This document shows positions 62,155 through 64,000 of a stretch of 64,000 nt of DNA, piece by piece. How positions within the stretch are numbered: the first letter of the stretch is position 1; each line of letters begins with the position of its first letter. Where the stretch lies: the NCBI GenBank assembly GCA_036867785.1, contig CP145420.1, positions 496,001 through 560,000 on the forward strand, in the 5' to 3' direction. The stretch comes from Plasmodiophora brassicae (taxonomy: Eukaryota). The notes beneath the pieces are model-generated. The model searched no databases. It was given only the letters and a program-made list of their open reading frames with translations, and was not told the origin of the DNA. Made by a program: the position numbers and the translations under genes.

Positions 62155-64000
62155 TTATCGACGACGGCCGGGGCCCTTGCTGTACGTGATCGGGGCGATG
62201 ACGGCGCCGACGCGGCAGGTGACCGCGGGGGCGATCAGGTCGGCGTGCCCGCCGGCCGAGTTCCACTCGCGGCCGATCGGCACCTGCAGGCTGCGCTCGT
62301 ACTGCTCCCTGGACGTGAACGGGAACGGCACGCTGCCGACCTTGTACTTGGCCGACTTGCGGTCCACCTTCTCGTTGATGATCACGTGCGACATGGACCC
62401 GTCCCGGCGGCGATCCAGCAGCGTCTGCTTCTTGCGCTGGAGCTCGTGGGCGCGCTTTGCGGCGCGTTTACGCGACGCCCGGGAAGCCGTGACGCCATCG
62501 CCGGCCCACGACCCCCATCCCGGCATGGTTGCCGGGTGCTCTTGCTCCAGGTCGGGCAGCTCCGATTCGGCAACTGCCGCCTTCTCCGCTGCAAACTCCC
62601 GTCCTTCATCGCCGGCCGTCGGGAACGCACGGCGAACCAGCTCGCGACGCTCGGCCGACGCACCATCGTCCAGCAGCACGAACTTGTCGTCGTTGTCATC
62701 GTCGTCGTCGTCGGCGCTGACGACCTCGGTGTCCAGTACGACGTCATCGTTGGCCGCCTTACGCTCTCGGGCGGCAATTGCCGACGAGTTCACGTTCAGC
62801 CACGGGTTGTCGTCGTCCTGCTGTTTCGACACAGACGACACGGGACCGGCTGTTCGGGAACGGAACGCTGCACCAGATGCCACCGCTACCGACTGCAACG
62901 ACGTCCCAGTCGCTTCGAAGCGCTTGTCGGTGGGAGCCGCAGGTTCAGTCGACGACGCTGGTGCCAGACCGCCAAACGTACGACGACCAGAAACGGCGGG
63001 TTTCCCCTCGGCAGGCGCTTCTTTGTCGCTATCATTGTCGTCATCGTCCTCTTCGGCAGCACGCTGAAGCTCCTTGAGCATGGCCTCGGCTTCCGCTTTC
63101 TGCTTCGCGGCGGCCTTGACCATGAACTTGAGACCAAAGACGCCACGTTTGCCTTCGACGGGGACGTCGTCCTTGATCTCCTGGGCCAGCGCCTCGATCT
63201 CCGCGTCGTCATCATTGTCGTCGTCCGACGATCCGGCGCCTTTGACGGATCGAATCCGATCGCGAAGCGCCTCCATGTTACGCTGCTGGTCGGCGACCCG
63301 GGCGCGAACCTCAGGGTCGACGACGCCACCGTGCTTCAGCGCTGATTTCATCCACTTGCTCGTGTTCTTGACGCGCAGGCTCATGCGGGCGTTGATACGC
63401 TCGAGTTCGCGTTTCTCCCTCACCTCATCGTCCTCGCCGTCTTCGTCGTCGCCCTCGTGCTTGGCGCGTTGCTTCTTCAGCATCTTCCTGAACTTCTTCG
63501 ACTTGATCTTCTTGATGCGTTTCGCACGAAGCTCGTGGTAGAACATCAGGGCGCGCATACGCGCGATTTCGGCATGGCGCTTCTCGATCTCCTCGGGCGA
63601 CGCCGAGTCATTCGTCGACAGCAACGGGTCGTCGTTCTTGCAGACGGATCGTTCGTCGAGCTTGTACATCTTGAGGAGTGCATCCAGGTCGGTTTCCAGT
63701 GACGTCGTCGGAGTGAATTTGGCCGTCAGCGACGCCGTCGATTCGACGATCTTGTGGTCTTTGAGCGGGAAGGAAACGCGCGCCGCTTCCCGATTCGCTT
63801 TCACCAGGTGGGTCCACTTGTCCAGCTCCTTGCTCGTGCTCGTAAACGCGACGTTCCGTTCCAGACGCTGACGATGGGCGGGTTCCAGTGGTACGTCAGC
63901 GACCTTCTCGTGGCGGTCCGTGGCGAGTTTATCCAGAGAAGCCTTCATGGACGCGAAGGAGGCCGATGAACGCAGAGGATCGACGAGCGCGTCGATGGAC
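62155..64000 (-). CDS. UTP14: U3 snoRNA-associated protein 14 (5'-truncated by the window end)
   Basis: KWTHLVKANREA, AKRIKKIKSKKFRK, PGWGSWAG, VIINEK, VPFPF..QYERSLQVPIGREWN. The frame stays open to the window end. Confidence 0.95.
   Translation of the reverse strand, partial: SIDALVDPLRSSASFASMKASLDKLATDRHEKVADVPLEPAHRQRLERNVAFTSTSKELDKWTHLVKANREAARVSFPLKDHKIVESTASLTAKFTPTTSLETDLDALLKMYKLDERSVCKNDDPLLSTNDSASPEEIEKRHAEIARMRALMFYHELRAKRIKKIKSKKFRKMLKKQRAKHEGDDEDGEDDEVREKRELERINARMSLRVKNTSKWMKSALKHGGVVDPEVRARVADQQRNMEALRDRIRSVKGAGSSDDDNDDDAEIEALAQEIKDDVPVEGKRGVFGLKFMVKAAAKQKAEAEAMLKELQRAAEEDDDDNDSDKEAPAEGKPAVSGRRTFGGLAPASSTEPAAPTDKRFEATGTSLQSVAVASGAAFRSRTAGPVSSVSKQQDDDNPWLNVNSSAIAARERKAANDDVVLDTEVVSADDDDDDNDDKFVLLDDGASAERRELVRRAFPTAGDEGREFAAEKAAVAESELPDLEQEHPATMPGWGSWAGDGVTASRASRKRAAKRAHELQRKKQTLLDRRRDGSMSHVIINEKVDRKSAKYKVGSVPFPFTSREQYERSLQVPIGREWNSAGGHADLIAPAVTCRVGAVIAPITYSKGPGRRR

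Noticed and set aside
61879-63345. Long antisense ORFs (also 57588..59192, 35665..37083, 33839..35056, 30203..31375)
   Set aside because: They are shadows of GC3-rich genes on the opposite strand and have no independent motifs.

Overview
Gene-dense eukaryotic nuclear DNA with short GT-AG introns (mostly about 45-65 nt) and very short intergenic spacers. The style suggests a compact protist genome such as a phytomyxid/Plasmodiophora-like rhizarian; this taxon call is inference only. About 25 protein genes and one intron-containing tRNA-Tyr are supported. Recognisable genes: VPS13, proteasome beta1, carbonyl reductase, RMI1-like OB protein, cytosolic carboxypeptidase CCP1, TFIIIC tau95, CstF64, mitochondrial Lon, ArsB/NhaD permease, FARSB, SART3/Prp24, BT1 transporter, WDR70 and UTP14. 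There are also several secreted or orphan proteins. No CRISPR array, rRNA or intact mobile element is seen. The most interesting signals appear only after manual splicing: (1) an RA-PH-RGS signalling protein; (2) a PA-domain 7TM receptor-like protein; (3) a DNAJC11-C-terminal-like domain appended to VPS13; (4) a hidden 80-aa three-exon microprotein with a half-degenerate twin-CX9C pattern; (5) a tandem pair of secreted SUEL lectins. All domain calls are by eye and need HMM or structure confirmation.
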